Positions 15,597 through 24,227 are shown, numbered from the stretch's first letter. The stretch is DNA of 27,197 nt from an uncultured Archangium sp. (GCA_903861945.1 CAIOWM010000156.1:1-27197); one strand, 5' to 3'. The notes: generated by a model from the sequence alone, not told the origin. Made by a program: numbers and translations.

Positions 15597-17597
15597 TCAG
15601 GGGCAGCGCGCCGTCTGCTGGCTGCACGTGCCGGTGCCGCAGAAGCGGCCCAGGCAACACAGCTGGCCTTGCCCACCGCAGGCCTCGCACTGGGTGTTGC
15701 CGTTGCACACGTCGCCGGCCCCGCAGTAGCGGCCGCCGGAGCCGCCGCAGCAGCGCTGGCCCGTGCCGCCGCAGGCCACGCAGGTGTTGTTGTTGGCCAC
15801 GGTGTTCGGGGCGGTGCAGCCCACGCCATTGCCGCACGGGGGCTGGCCGAGGCGACCGCAGGCCACGGTGGCCGAGAGGCAGCCCGCGCCCACGCAGATG
15901 CCCGCGCCGCCGCCGCACTGCGCGCCCGAGGCGGTGCAGGTGCGGTTGTTCTGGTCGCAGCAGCCGGCGCCCGCGCAGGTGTTGCCGTTGCAGCACGGCT
16001 GGCCCGGCCCACCACACGTGGTGCAGCCGTTGCCGTCGCAGGCGAGGCCGCTGGCGGTGCAGAAGTCGGCCGCGTTGCCCCCAGCGGCGCAGCACTGGGC
16101 GTTCGCCCCGGCGCCGCCACACTGCGAGCACGCGCCCGCGGTGCAGGTGCCGAGGTTGGTGCCACAGGTCGCGCCCGAGGCCACGCAGGTGGTGCCCGCG
16201 CAGCAGCCGCCGGCGCCGCACGCCGAGTTCTCGCAGCACGGCTGACCTGCGCCGCCGCACGCCGTCAACGTACCGCCCTGGCACACCGTGGTGCCGCCGG
16301 GGCCGTTGGCGCCCACCGCGAGGCAGGTCGAGCTCGCCGCGTCGAGGCACGTGCCGTTGTTGCAGGTGGTGCCACCGCAGGCCGCCTGGCCGGCGCCGCC
16401 GCAGGGGCCGCACAGGCCGCCACCGCACGCGAGCGTCGCGCCGTTGCAGCTGGTGCCGCCACAGCACGGCTGGCCGAGACCGCCGCAGCCCGCGCACTGG
16501 CCGGTGGCCGCGCACAGGTCACCGCCGCCGCAGGTCGAACCGCTGGCGAGGCACACCGAGTTGCCGCGCGTGTCGCAGCAGCCGCCGGTGCACGCCGCGC
16601 CCGCGCAGCAGGGTTCCCCGACGCCGCCGCAGGCCTGGCAGCGATTGTTGCCGCCGCACACGGTGTTGGCGCCGCACGCCACGGCCCCCGGACAGCAGGG
16701 CTCGCCGGGACCACCGCAGGCCGCGCACGCGCCCTGGGAACAGGCGGTGCCCGCGGCCGTGCAGGTGGCGTTGCCGCAGCACGGCTGGCCGGCGCCGCCG
16801 CACGTCACGCAGCTGGTGCCCGCCGAGCAGGTGGTCGCGCCCGCGGTGCAGGCCCCGCCGGGGCAGCAGGTCTGGGTCAAGCCGCCGCAGGTGCCGCAGC
16901 TCCCGTTGGCGCAGGCGCCGCCGATGCCGGTGCAGGTCGAGCCCGCGCCGACGCAGGCGTTGTTGACGCAGCAGCCGCCACCACCGCAGGTGCCCGCGGC
17001 GCAGCACGGCTGGCCAGGCCCGCCACACAGGGCGCAGGTGGACGGGTTCTGCCCGGAGCAGACGCTGCCCAGGTCGCACTGCCGGTTGGCGCAGCAGGTC
17101 TCGCCGGGACCGCCGCACACGGTGCAGGTGTTGTTGCGGCAGGTCGCGCCGGCCGCGGTGCAGCTGTTGTTGCCGCAGCACACCTCGCCGAGCCCGCCAC
17201 AGGTCGCGCAGTTGCCGCCCGCGCAGGTGCTGCCGGCCGCGGTGCAGCTCTGGCCGGCGCAGCACGCCTCGCCGATGCCGCCGCAGGTGCCGCAGCTGCC
17301 GTTGGTGCACACGCCCATGGCCCCGCCGCACGAGGCGCCGGCCGCGACGCAGGTGTTGCCCAGGCAACAGCCTCCGGCGCCGCAGGTGTTACCGGCACAA
17401 CAGAGTTCTCCAGCGTTACCGCACGACAGGCCGCCGTCGTCGAGCAGCGCGCTTCCGCCGCCGGTGCCCGTGCCTCCGCCGGTGGTGCCGTCACCGCCGC
17501 CCGAGGAGGCGCCTGCGTCGGGGTCGGCCGCGATGCCGTTGTTGCAGACGCACGCGGGGGCGAGCGCGAGGAGCGCGAGAATCAGCAGTGAACGCAT
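15597..17597 (-). CDS. Secreted Cys/Gly-rich repeat protein, 666 aa, with about 22 copies of a 27-28-aa, 6-Cys unit
   Basis: MRSLLILALLALAPACV is a signal peptide; the ATG at 17597 has GGAG about 10 nt upstream. The repeat unit is C.(T/A)CGG.G(Q/E)PCC.G..C(T/.)..G..C..G.C. There is no MYXO-CTERM tail. The listed ORF 15597..17687 is trimmed. The plus-strand ORFs 15669..17591 and 16288..17682 are Ala-rich and Pro-rich shadows. Confidence 0.75.
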   Translation of the reverse strand: MRSLLILALLALAPACVCNNGIAADPDAGASSGGGDGTTGGGTGTGGGSALLDDGGLSCGNAGELCCAGNTCGAGGCCLGNTCVAAGASCGGAMGVCTNGSCGTCGGIGEACCAGQSCTAAGSTCAGGNCATCGGLGEVCCGNNSCTAAGATCRNNTCTVCGGPGETCCANRQCDLGSVCSGQNPSTCALCGGPGQPCCAAGTCGGGGCCVNNACVGAGSTCTGIGGACANGSCGTCGGLTQTCCPGGACTAGATTCSAGTSCVTCGGAGQPCCGNATCTAAGTACSQGACAACGGPGEPCCPGAVACGANTVCGGNNRCQACGGVGEPCCAGAACTGGCCDTRGNSVCLASGSTCGGGDLCAATGQCAGCGGLGQPCCGGTSCNGATLACGGGLCGPCGGAGQAACGGTTCNNGTCLDAASSTCLAVGANGPGGTTVCQGGTLTACGGAGQPCCENSACGAGGCCAGTTCVASGATCGTNLGTCTAGACSQCGGAGANAQCCAAGGNAADFCTASGLACDGNGCTTCGGPGQPCCNGNTCAGAGCCDQNNRTCTASGAQCGGGAGICVGAGCLSATVACGRLGQPPCGNGVGCTAPNTVANNNTCVACGGTGQRCCGGSGGRYCGAGDVCNGNTQCEACGGQGQLCCLGRFCGTGTCSQQTARCP
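15700..17380 (-). repeat. Intragenic repeat array with a period of about 81 to 84 nt; the copies have diverged at the DNA level
   Basis: The periodicity is clear in the translation (CGG.G.PCC every 27 to 28 residues). DNA copies share ccgccgcaggc/ccgcagcacggctggcc-type cores, but they are not near-identical like the other two arrays. Confidence 0.5.
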
Positions 17598-17696
17598 GTG
17601 TGGGAGGCTCCGAGAGAGGGGGACGACGGTCGGCCAAGGCGAAGACCCCCGCTGGGCCTCATCGATCACACTTTGTTGGTAGGCCACGGACCTACG

Positions 17697-19055
17697 TCAC
17701 TCGGCGAGCACGCCCACGAGGTACTCGCCGGCGAGCGGGCCGGTGGGCGCCTGGTAGGTGTCGAGCGACAGCCAGTACGTACCGGCCGCGAGCTGCCGGG
17801 TGAGGAACTTGTCGTGGCGCGCGATGCAGGACTGGCCCGAGCCGGGGTCCGACAGGAGGTGCACGTCGATGTCGGCGTTGCCCAGCGAGACCACCACCAC
17901 GCGCAGGTTGGTGGGTTGGGTGAGCTCGAGGCGGTAGAGCACCTCGCGGCCCCCTTCGTTGGTGGTCGAGCCGCACCCCGGGTAGCTGTCGAGACGCGCC
18001 GCGCCGTCGGTGCGCGTGTCGCGGGTGTCGACGAAGGGCAGCGAGGTGACGGCGATCTCGTCTCCGCGGACGCCGGTGCCGGGGCGGCGGGGGGCCGTGA
18101 GGTCGGCCGGGGCGCCCTGCTCCACCGCGGCCCAGGCGCGCGCGAGGGCCTCGAGGGTGCCGAGGTTGCGCGCGTTGTGCCCGAAGTCGAGCGGCCCGGG
18201 GTTCAGGTTGCAGCCGCGCGGTCCGCCCGAGAGGAAGACGTTGAGGTGGATGCCGTCGGGGCCCAGGCCGTGTGCCGTGACGCCCTGCAGCTCGCGGTGG
18301 AGATCGATGAAAGGCACCTGGCGCGCCTGGGCCACGCCGCGGGCGACGAGGTTGTAGCGGGGCACCCAGGCGTCGGCCGTCGCGCTGTCATCGCGCGGGG
18401 GCACGGAGGTGATGAGCGGCACCACGCCCTGGGCGGTGAGCGTGTCGACGAGGCTGAAGAGGTTGCGACCGAAGCTGGCCGGGTCGGCGAAGCCCACGTC
18501 GTTGGTGCCGAACATCACCGTGGCGTAGCGCGGCGAGGCGGCGTCGAGCTCCTGCTGCAACGGGGAAGGCGTGCCGGCGCTGGCGGCGCTGGCGCTCCAG
18601 CCGACGGTGGCGGCCAGCGTGGTGCGGTCGAAGGGCGACGTGGTGCCCACCCGGCCCGCGCGGAAATGCGCCAGCACCGCGTCGAGCGAGCTGCGACCCG
18701 CGAGGTCGACCTGCGCGCCGGCGAAGCACGACAGGTAGCTCGCGTTCACGGTGTTCGAGTCGCCGATCTTCGAGAAGACGTTGCCCTTCTTCGCAGGGGC
18801 GAGGGCGGCGATGGCCTGGAGCCGGGTGACGACCTCCGCGGTGAGCGGCGAGTGCTTGCGGTCCAGGGGGTACACCAGCACCGAGGGGCCCGCGTCGGGA
18901 GGCGTCACGGCCACGCCCGCGTCGGAGGCGAGCGCCACCGAGCCGTCAGGCAGGGACTCCACCGGGAAGCTGGCGCCAGCGTCCTCTTCGAACTCGAGCG
19001 GCACCACCCCACACGCGGCGAGCAGCACACAGGGAAAGAGGAGGGGGAACCGCAT
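17697..19055 (-). CDS. SGNH/GDSL-family hydrolase (esterase/lipase) lipoprotein with a C-terminal bacterial pre-peptidase C-terminal (PPC) domain, 452 aa
   Basis: MRFPLLFPCVLLAACG carries a lipobox (L-A-A-C). FSKIGDSNT is SGNH block I (GDS). MFGTNDVG is block III and LGPDGIHLN is block V (D..H). The C-terminal region YRLELTQPTNLRVVVVSLGNADIDVHLL.....C......L.AGTYWLSLDTY is PPC-like. Confidence 0.8.
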   Translation of the reverse strand: MRFPLLFPCVLLAACGVVPLEFEEDAGASFPVESLPDGSVALASDAGVAVTPPDAGPSVLVYPLDRKHSPLTAEVVTRLQAIAALAPAKKGNVFSKIGDSNTVNASYLSCFAGAQVDLAGRSSLDAVLAHFRAGRVGTTSPFDRTTLAATVGWSASAASAGTPSPLQQELDAASPRYATVMFGTNDVGFADPASFGRNLFSLVDTLTAQGVVPLITSVPPRDDSATADAWVPRYNLVARGVAQARQVPFIDLHRELQGVTAHGLGPDGIHLNVFLSGGPRGCNLNPGPLDFGHNARNLGTLEALARAWAAVEQGAPADLTAPRRPGTGVRGDEIAVTSLPFVDTRDTRTDGAARLDSYPGCGSTTNEGGREVLYRLELTQPTNLRVVVVSLGNADIDVHLLSDPGSGQSCIARHDKFLTRQLAAGTYWLSLDTYQAPTGPLAGEYLVGVLAE

Positions 19056-19100
19056 CCGGGGTCCGTTCTCGCACACCTCGGGGGGGAACTTCGACGGGGG

Positions 19101-20570
19101 TCAGCGAGAGAGGCGCGCTCGCAGCAGGGCCAGCGCAGCCAGGAAGCCCAGGCTGTCCAGCGAGGAGCAGCCACAGCCGGTCAGGGGCGTGTCCACCCCG
19201 GGGCCTGCGTCGACAGCGCCGTCACCACCGCCGGTGACCGGGTCGCTGCTTCCGCCACCCCCACCGGAGGCCGCGCCACCACCACTCCCACCCGTCGCCG
19301 AGCCGCCACCACCACCACCACTCCCGCCACCCGCCCCGGCGTCGGCCACGCCCGCGTCACATTCACCGAGCGCGTGCTCCAGGGCCCCGGCGGTCCACGC
19401 GCTCGGGGTGCGCAACCGCGCGCAGTAGTCATCGGTCACGCCAGCCGGAGGCGTCACCTGGCCGAGCCACGCCGCCACCGAGCCGCGCACGCGCAGGTCG
19501 CCGCTCAGCGCGCTCGCGTAGGCCGCGTCGAAGGTGGCGAGGGACACGCCGGTCACGTTCTGCGTCGCGGTCATGGTGGCCGCGTCACGGGTGCGCACCG
19601 CGGAGGTGAGCAGGTTGCCCACGGCCCGGCCGCTGGTGGTGTCGAAGCGGAAGTCGACGCCCGTGGTGCCCACCAGGGTGTTGTGCAGCACCGAGGTGTT
19701 GCGCGCGCGGTTCAGGTACACGCCGACGTCGCTGCAGTTGGCGATGACGTTGTTCCGCAGCACGCCGTCTTCGTGCTCCACGGCGCAGGGCACGTTGGCG
19801 TCGAAGGCCGGGGCACAGAACTGGTTGCCGGTGCCGCCCCCTCCGAACGAGAGCCCGAGGCGCACGTCGCTCATGGCCTGGCCGCCGCTCTTGCACAGCA
19901 CGAGGTTGCGCTCGTAGAGCCCGCGCTTGCCGCCGGACTTCATGAAGCTGCCGTAGCTGGTGAAGTTTCCGCCGTTCTTCGAGAAGTCTCGGATGACGTT
20001 GTCGCGCACCACGAAGTCGTCGCCGGTGTCGATGTTCAGCTTGGTGACCGGGTTGGCCGTGTTGCGCGGGCGCGTGTCGTAGACCTCGCAGCGTTCGACG
20101 AGGCCCCGGTGCGGCATGTCGTAGCCTCCGTCACCCGCGGGCGTGGCGTTGACCTTGAGCTGGGCGTTGAAGTCGACGAGGCGCAGGCGGCGCAGCACCA
20201 CGTCGGTGGCGCGGCCCGTGACCTGGAACGCGTGCTCGCAGTTGGAGTCGTCGGCGCACACCCCGCGCATCGCGAAGTCCTCGAAGCGCCAGAACGGCGC
20301 GCTGACGCCGATGGCGATGAGGGTGTTCGACTCGAGGGTGGCGCCCCACGGCGTCTCGCCGCGCACCACGATGGGCAAGGCCTGCGTGCCGGTGGCGACG
20401 CAGGAGAGCTTCGAGGTCAGCGCATAGGTGCCGTCGGCCAGGGTGATGACGTCGCCAGGCTGCGCCGCCGCGAGGGCCGCGCGCAGTTGGGGCTCGGTGG
20501 TGACGCGGACGTCACGCGCGGCGGCGAAGGAAGCGAAGAGGGCGAGCGACAGGAAGAGGAGGCGGCGCAT
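19101..20570 (-). CDS. Right-handed parallel beta-helix protein (PL6/chondroitinase-B-like polysaccharide-lyase fold) with a Gly-rich linker and a C-terminal MYXO-CTERM sorting signal, 489 aa
   Basis: MRRLLFLSLALFASFAAA is a signal peptide. TEPQLRAALAAAQPGDVITLADGTY is a PL6-type N-terminal motif. Repeated N..(I/V).N / RDNVIRD / HNTL beta-helix rungs follow. The tail is GGGSGGGGGGS...TGCGCSSLDSLGFLAALALLRARLSR (nt about 19104..19178). Confidence 0.8.
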   Translation of the reverse strand: MRRLLFLSLALFASFAAARDVRVTTEPQLRAALAAAQPGDVITLADGTYALTSKLSCVATGTQALPIVVRGETPWGATLESNTLIAIGVSAPFWRFEDFAMRGVCADDSNCEHAFQVTGRATDVVLRRLRLVDFNAQLKVNATPAGDGGYDMPHRGLVERCEVYDTRPRNTANPVTKLNIDTGDDFVVRDNVIRDFSKNGGNFTSYGSFMKSGGKRGLYERNLVLCKSGGQAMSDVRLGLSFGGGGTGNQFCAPAFDANVPCAVEHEDGVLRNNVIANCSDVGVYLNRARNTSVLHNTLVGTTGVDFRFDTTSGRAVGNLLTSAVRTRDAATMTATQNVTGVSLATFDAAYASALSGDLRVRGSVAAWLGQVTPPAGVTDDYCARLRTPSAWTAGALEHALGECDAGVADAGAGGGSGGGGGGSATGGSGGGAASGGGGGSSDPVTGGGDGAVDAGPGVDTPLTGCGCSSLDSLGFLAALALLRARLSR

Positions 20571-20620
20571 GGGCCGCGACCATGACCTGAAACGTCACCC
20601 CGGGCGCGTTCTGCGCGCCG

Positions 20621-21142
20621 TCACGCCGTCGTGCCGCGGGGGAGCGGCGCCGCGGAGGACTTGAAGAGCGGGGGCAGGCCGAAGGGCGTGACGAGGCAGG
20701 CCGCGAGCCAGATGGCCGGGCCCCCGAGGGTCTCCGGGCTGAACGCGATGAGGCCAGGCACGACCTGGGTGAAGAGGAACGCGTTGTCGATGACCCCGAT
20801 GACCACCACGCCCAGGAAGTACGCCGCCCAGGAAGACTGCTTCCAGATCATCCACGCCAGCGCGAGCCCCAGCAGGCCGGAAGCGCCGACGTCGATCACG
20901 AAGTTGAGCGCCAGGTGACCTTGCACGGTGGAGGTCACGAGGTCGGTGCTGTGCTGGTACGCGGCAACGGGCGCGTTGGAGCCCCCGAGGAACATGGTCC
21001 ACAGGCCCTTGGTGCCGTTCACCAGGTACTGGCGCGCCCCCTCGACGCCGACCCACACGTGCAACACGCCCCACACCGCGAACAAGCCAGCGCCGATCTT
21101 CCCTGCGAGACCCAGCGCGGGTGCTTCCCTGGCGGACACCAT
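20621..21142 (-). CDS. Small integral membrane protein with 4 predicted TM helices (DoxX-like), 173 aa
   Basis: It has an ATG start and four hydrophobic segments: IGAGLFAVWGVLHVWVGV, LALNFVIDVGASGLLGLALAWMIW, AAYFLGVVVIGVIDNAFLF and PAIWLAACLVTPFGL. It is transcribed divergently from the LysR gene. The rest of the listed ORF 20621..22069 is an Arg-rich shadow of the LysR gene. Confidence 0.55.
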   Translation of the reverse strand: MVSAREAPALGLAGKIGAGLFAVWGVLHVWVGVEGARQYLVNGTKGLWTMFLGGSNAPVAAYQHSTDLVTSTVQGHLALNFVIDVGASGLLGLALAWMIWKQSSWAAYFLGVVVIGVIDNAFLFTQVVPGLIAFSPETLGGPAIWLAACLVTPFGLPPLFKSSAAPLPRGTTA

Positions 21143-21234
21143 GACTGCCTCCTGCCGGCGTGCGCCACGGGCGAGCGGGAGTGCTCGCGACCCGGGTGAC
21201 CACCGAACGAAGACACAGTGCGCAGGTTGCTCAT

Positions 21235-21251
21235 TTGCGACAAGACGGCAA
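21235..21251. promoter_or_regulatory. Candidate LysR-type regulator binding site: dyad TTGC-N9-GCAA in the divergent intergenic region
   Basis: Read directly: atTTGCgacaagacgGCAAaa. It fits the T-N11-A / dyad architecture of LTTR boxes. It sits 45 nt upstream of the LysR ATG and about 90 nt upstream of the divergent membrane-protein gene. Confidence 0.3.
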
Positions 21252-21295
21252 AACTTCACCCTGCAGTTGCGTTCAGGCAACCAAGGAGACCGCCC

Positions 21296-22177
21296 ATGCT
21301 CTTCGATGAAATCGAGCTCTTCGCCCAGGTGGCCGAGGCCGGAACGCTGGCCGCCGCGGCACGCAAGCTGGAGGTGCCCAAGTCCACGCTCTCGCGGGCC
21401 ATCGCGCGGCTCGAGGCGAAGACGGGGGTGCCGTTGCTGTACCGGGCGGCGCGGTCCTTCACGCTCACCGAAGAGGGGCGGCGCTTCTTCGACGCCGTGG
21501 CGCCGCACGTGGCCGGCCTGGGAGAAGCCACGCGCCTGCTGGGCACCGCGGCGGATCAACCCGAGGGCACGCTGCGCATCAGCGCCCCCCTGGCGAGCGG
21601 AGACCTCTTCGGCGCCGCGGCGGTGCACTTCGCCCAGCGTTACCCGCGCGTGCGCCTCGATCTCGAGCTCTCGTCGCGCAAGGTGGACCTGGTGCGCGAG
21701 GGCTTCGACGTCGCGCTGCGCGGCACCCCGAGCCTCAGGGGCGACGCGCTCACGGCGCGCAAGCTCACCAACGGGCAACTCCACCTGTACGCGGCGCCGA
21801 CGTACCTCGCGCGCCGCGGCACGCCGGAGACCACCGAAGACGTCGGCACCCACGAACTGGCTGCGCACGCGCCTTCGTTGAAGGCCGCCCCCCTGCGACC
21901 GGCTGCGCTGCAGCTCGCGTTCACCTCGGCGCGCATCGCGGTCAACGAGTTCGGCTTCCTGCGCAGCATGCTGGTGGCGGGCGCCGGCATCGGGCTGCTG
22001 CCCCAGTCGCACGCCGCGCAGGATGTCGCCGACGGCCGCCTGGTGCGCGTGCTCCCGGGGTGGTCGCACGTCATCGGGGCGCTGTATTTGATCTACCCCA
22101 CGGCCCGGCAGCTCCCCCGGAAGGTCGCGGCGTTCCGCGACTTCCTCGTCGAGGCGTTTCGCGGCGCGGCGAGCTGA
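21296..22177 (+). CDS. LysR-family transcriptional regulator, 293 aa
   Basis: MLFDEIELFAQVAEAGTLAAAARKLEVPKSTLSRAIARLE is the LysR N-terminal HTH. A LysR substrate-binding-domain-like region follows. AGGAGA lies 8 to 13 nt upstream of the ATG. The listed ORF 21218..22177 is trimmed. Confidence 0.85.
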   Translation: MLFDEIELFAQVAEAGTLAAAARKLEVPKSTLSRAIARLEAKTGVPLLYRAARSFTLTEEGRRFFDAVAPHVAGLGEATRLLGTAADQPEGTLRISAPLASGDLFGAAAVHFAQRYPRVRLDLELSSRKVDLVREGFDVALRGTPSLRGDALTARKLTNGQLHLYAAPTYLARRGTPETTEDVGTHELAAHAPSLKAAPLRPAALQLAFTSARIAVNEFGFLRSMLVAGAGIGLLPQSHAAQDVADGRLVRVLPGWSHVIGALYLIYPTARQLPRKVAAFRDFLVEAFRGAAS

Positions 22178-22206
22178 AAGCAGCGAGAAGTGGCAGGGTG
22201 TGGCCC

Positions 22207-23085
22207 ATGCGCTCCCTCCTCTTTTCCGCGGTGATGCTCATCTCCAGCGTTTCTCTCGGTGCCGACATTGCCGGCACCCTGAGCGGTACGTTCGTCAACT
22301 TCGACCAGTTCGGCACGCCGCAGGTGCGCTTCAATCTCGACCTGACGTGCGCGCTGAGCTGCACCGCCTCCGCGCCGGGACCTCACTACGGGAGCACGGG
22401 CTACATCGACGGCTACTTCGCCTCGGAGCCCAGCACGGGCTTGTGTCTCATCGGCCTGGCCAACCTCTTCGCCGACGTCGACCCCACGGGGAGCGCCACC
22501 AGGGTGAGCTCGCCGCCCGCGGGTTCGCGGATCACCGCGCGCGCCAACGGCGTGACGTGCTGGTGCGGGGGCTCGCTGGCCATCGGCCAGGGGGGGTTCA
22601 TCCAACCCGAGTCGGGGATCATCTCGATTCCTCCGTCCTTCAGCGGCGACCAGACGGCGAAGGTGGGCGAGCAGGCCTTCATCCTCGTGACGGCCGCGCC
22701 CAGGGGCAGCGAGACGGTGGAGGTGACCACGTCGGGCGCGGGCCTCGCGACGTCCACGCAGACCTTCGGGCCCAGCGACTTTCCCTCGAACAGCAGCTGC
22801 CCCTCGGCAGGCTTCAAGTCGCTGCAGCTGACGCCCACGCAGGCCGGCACGCTGACCATCACCGCGACCCTGAACCCGGGCGCCGCGACCTCGACGTACA
22901 CCGTGACGGTCAGCGCCTCGGGCTCGGGCGGTGGCGGGGGCAGCGCTTCGACGGGCGGGGGCAGCGGCAGCACGGGCGGTGGTTCCGGGAGCACTGACGG
23001 GGGCTGCAGCGCGGTGCCAGTGCCGCTGCTCCTCGCGGTCGGCGCGTGGCTGGCGCGTCGTCGTGCGCAGGCGCCCGGGTGCTGA
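22207..23085 (+). CDS. Secreted hypothetical protein with a Gly/Ser linker and a MYXO-CTERM sorting signal, 292 aa
   Basis: MRSLLFSAVMLISSVSLGADIAG is a signal peptide. The body is Thr/Ser-rich and beta-rich. The tail is GSGGGGGSASTGGGSGSTGGGSGSTDGGCSAVPVPLLLAVGAWLARRRA (nt about 22999..23082). The listed ORF 22060..23085 is trimmed to the ATG at 22207. Confidence 0.7.
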   Translation: MRSLLFSAVMLISSVSLGADIAGTLSGTFVNFDQFGTPQVRFNLDLTCALSCTASAPGPHYGSTGYIDGYFASEPSTGLCLIGLANLFADVDPTGSATRVSSPPAGSRITARANGVTCWCGGSLAIGQGGFIQPESGIISIPPSFSGDQTAKVGEQAFILVTAAPRGSETVEVTTSGAGLATSTQTFGPSDFPSNSSCPSAGFKSLQLTPTQAGTLTITATLNPGAATSTYTVTVSASGSGGGGGSASTGGGSGSTGGGSGSTDGGCSAVPVPLLLAVGAWLARRRAQAPGC

Positions 23086-23153
23086 AGCGCGCGGGGACAT
23101 ACCTGGCGGCTGGATTCTGCGCGACACTGCGTGCCGTGAGGAACCGGGTCTCG

Positions 23154-24056
23154 ATGGTCGCGGCGGTGGTGATGGTGTCCTGCGGCGAGGTGCCCTGCGA
23201 GGGGGTCAGCATCGCGAGCGCCGCGGAGTGGAAGCGCTGGGCAGACCGGGGCTGCACGCACGTCTACGGCGCGCTCGCGGTGACCGCGCCCGACCTGGTG
23301 GACATCGACGCGCCCGTGTTGCGCGAGGTCGACGGCGGCGTGACCATTTCGGGGAACGCCGCGCTCGAGACCGCGAGCTTCGGCGCGCTGGCGAGCACCA
23401 CCAGCCTCGACCTGCAGAACGACCCCTCGCTCACGCGCTTCGCGGCGCCCATGCTCACGGCGCTGGGTGGCCCGGTGAACGTACTGGGCGACGACGCGCT
23501 GACGACGCTCAGCCTGCCCCGCCTCCAGACCCTCGACGGTGAGCTGCGGCTCGACGTGCACGCGCTGACGGCGCTCGAGCTCCCCGCGCTCACCAGCGCC
23601 ACCAGCCTGCTGCTGCAGGACAACGTCGCGCTCACCACGCTCTCGTTGCCCGCGCTCACCGCGGTGCAGGTCATCGCCGTGCACGACAACCCCGCGCTGC
23701 GCGAGGTGCACCTGGCACGCCTGGCGAGCGCCACCTCGGTCGGCCTCTACGCCAACAGCGCGCTCACCAGCGTCGACCTCGCGGCGCTCTCGACCACCCG
23801 GGAGCTCACCCTCGGCGGACCGCTGACCTCGTTGCTCGCGGGGCAGCTGCGCTCGGCCGACAGGCTGAACATCCGCGGTACCAGCCTCGAGCGGCTCGGG
23901 CTCCCGGCGCTCACCGCGGCGAGCCAGAGCCTCGACATCTCGGGCAACGCGGTGCTGCCGCAGTGCGAGGTCGACGCGGTGGTGCGGCGGCTGACGACGC
24001 CCCCCGCGGCCGGCGTACGCGCGACGGGGAACCTCGGCAGCGCGACCTGTCCCTGA
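23154..24056 (+). CDS. Leucine-rich-repeat-like (receptor L-domain / BspA-like) repeat lipoprotein, 300 aa
   Basis: MVAAVVMVSCGEVPCEG is a signal peptide with a lipobox-like VSC. About 9 tandem repeats of about 22 to 24 aa follow, of the type LT(T/A)L.LPALT...L.L.DN.AL. GC3 is high. The antisense ORF 22413..25013 is a shadow. Confidence 0.65.
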   Translation: MVAAVVMVSCGEVPCEGVSIASAAEWKRWADRGCTHVYGALAVTAPDLVDIDAPVLREVDGGVTISGNAALETASFGALASTTSLDLQNDPSLTRFAAPMLTALGGPVNVLGDDALTTLSLPRLQTLDGELRLDVHALTALELPALTSATSLLLQDNVALTTLSLPALTAVQVIAVHDNPALREVHLARLASATSVGLYANSALTSVDLAALSTTRELTLGGPLTSLLAGQLRSADRLNIRGTSLERLGLPALTAASQSLDISGNAVLPQCEVDAVVRRLTTPPAAGVRATGNLGSATCP

Positions 24057-24227
24057 GGCGGATTCCGAGCCGAGGCCTCGCACGGATGGCTCGCGCCGCA
24101 CCCCTCTGCTCCGGCTCGCCCCCTGACCCTGCACCCGGGTTTCGTGGAGAAGTGGAGCGAGGACTCCTCGAGCGTCAGTGAACTCATGCCGCGGGCAATC
24201 GTGCGGCGGGGAGTAGCCTGCGTCCCC

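Noticed and set aside
17598-20585. 995-aa plus-strand ORF spanning the GDSL and beta-helix genes
   Set aside because: The translation is Gly/Arg/Val/Ala-rich and has no motifs. The minus strand encodes proteins with a lipobox, an SGNH block, PPC, beta-helix and MYXO-CTERM features. It is a shadow ORF.
24057-24227. Short palindrome ccgaggcctcgg after the LRR gene stop, a possible terminator
   Set aside because: It is a 10-to-12-nt perfect palindrome with no loop and no following T-run. It is too weak to call an intrinsic terminator, and in high-GC organisms such palindromes occur by chance.
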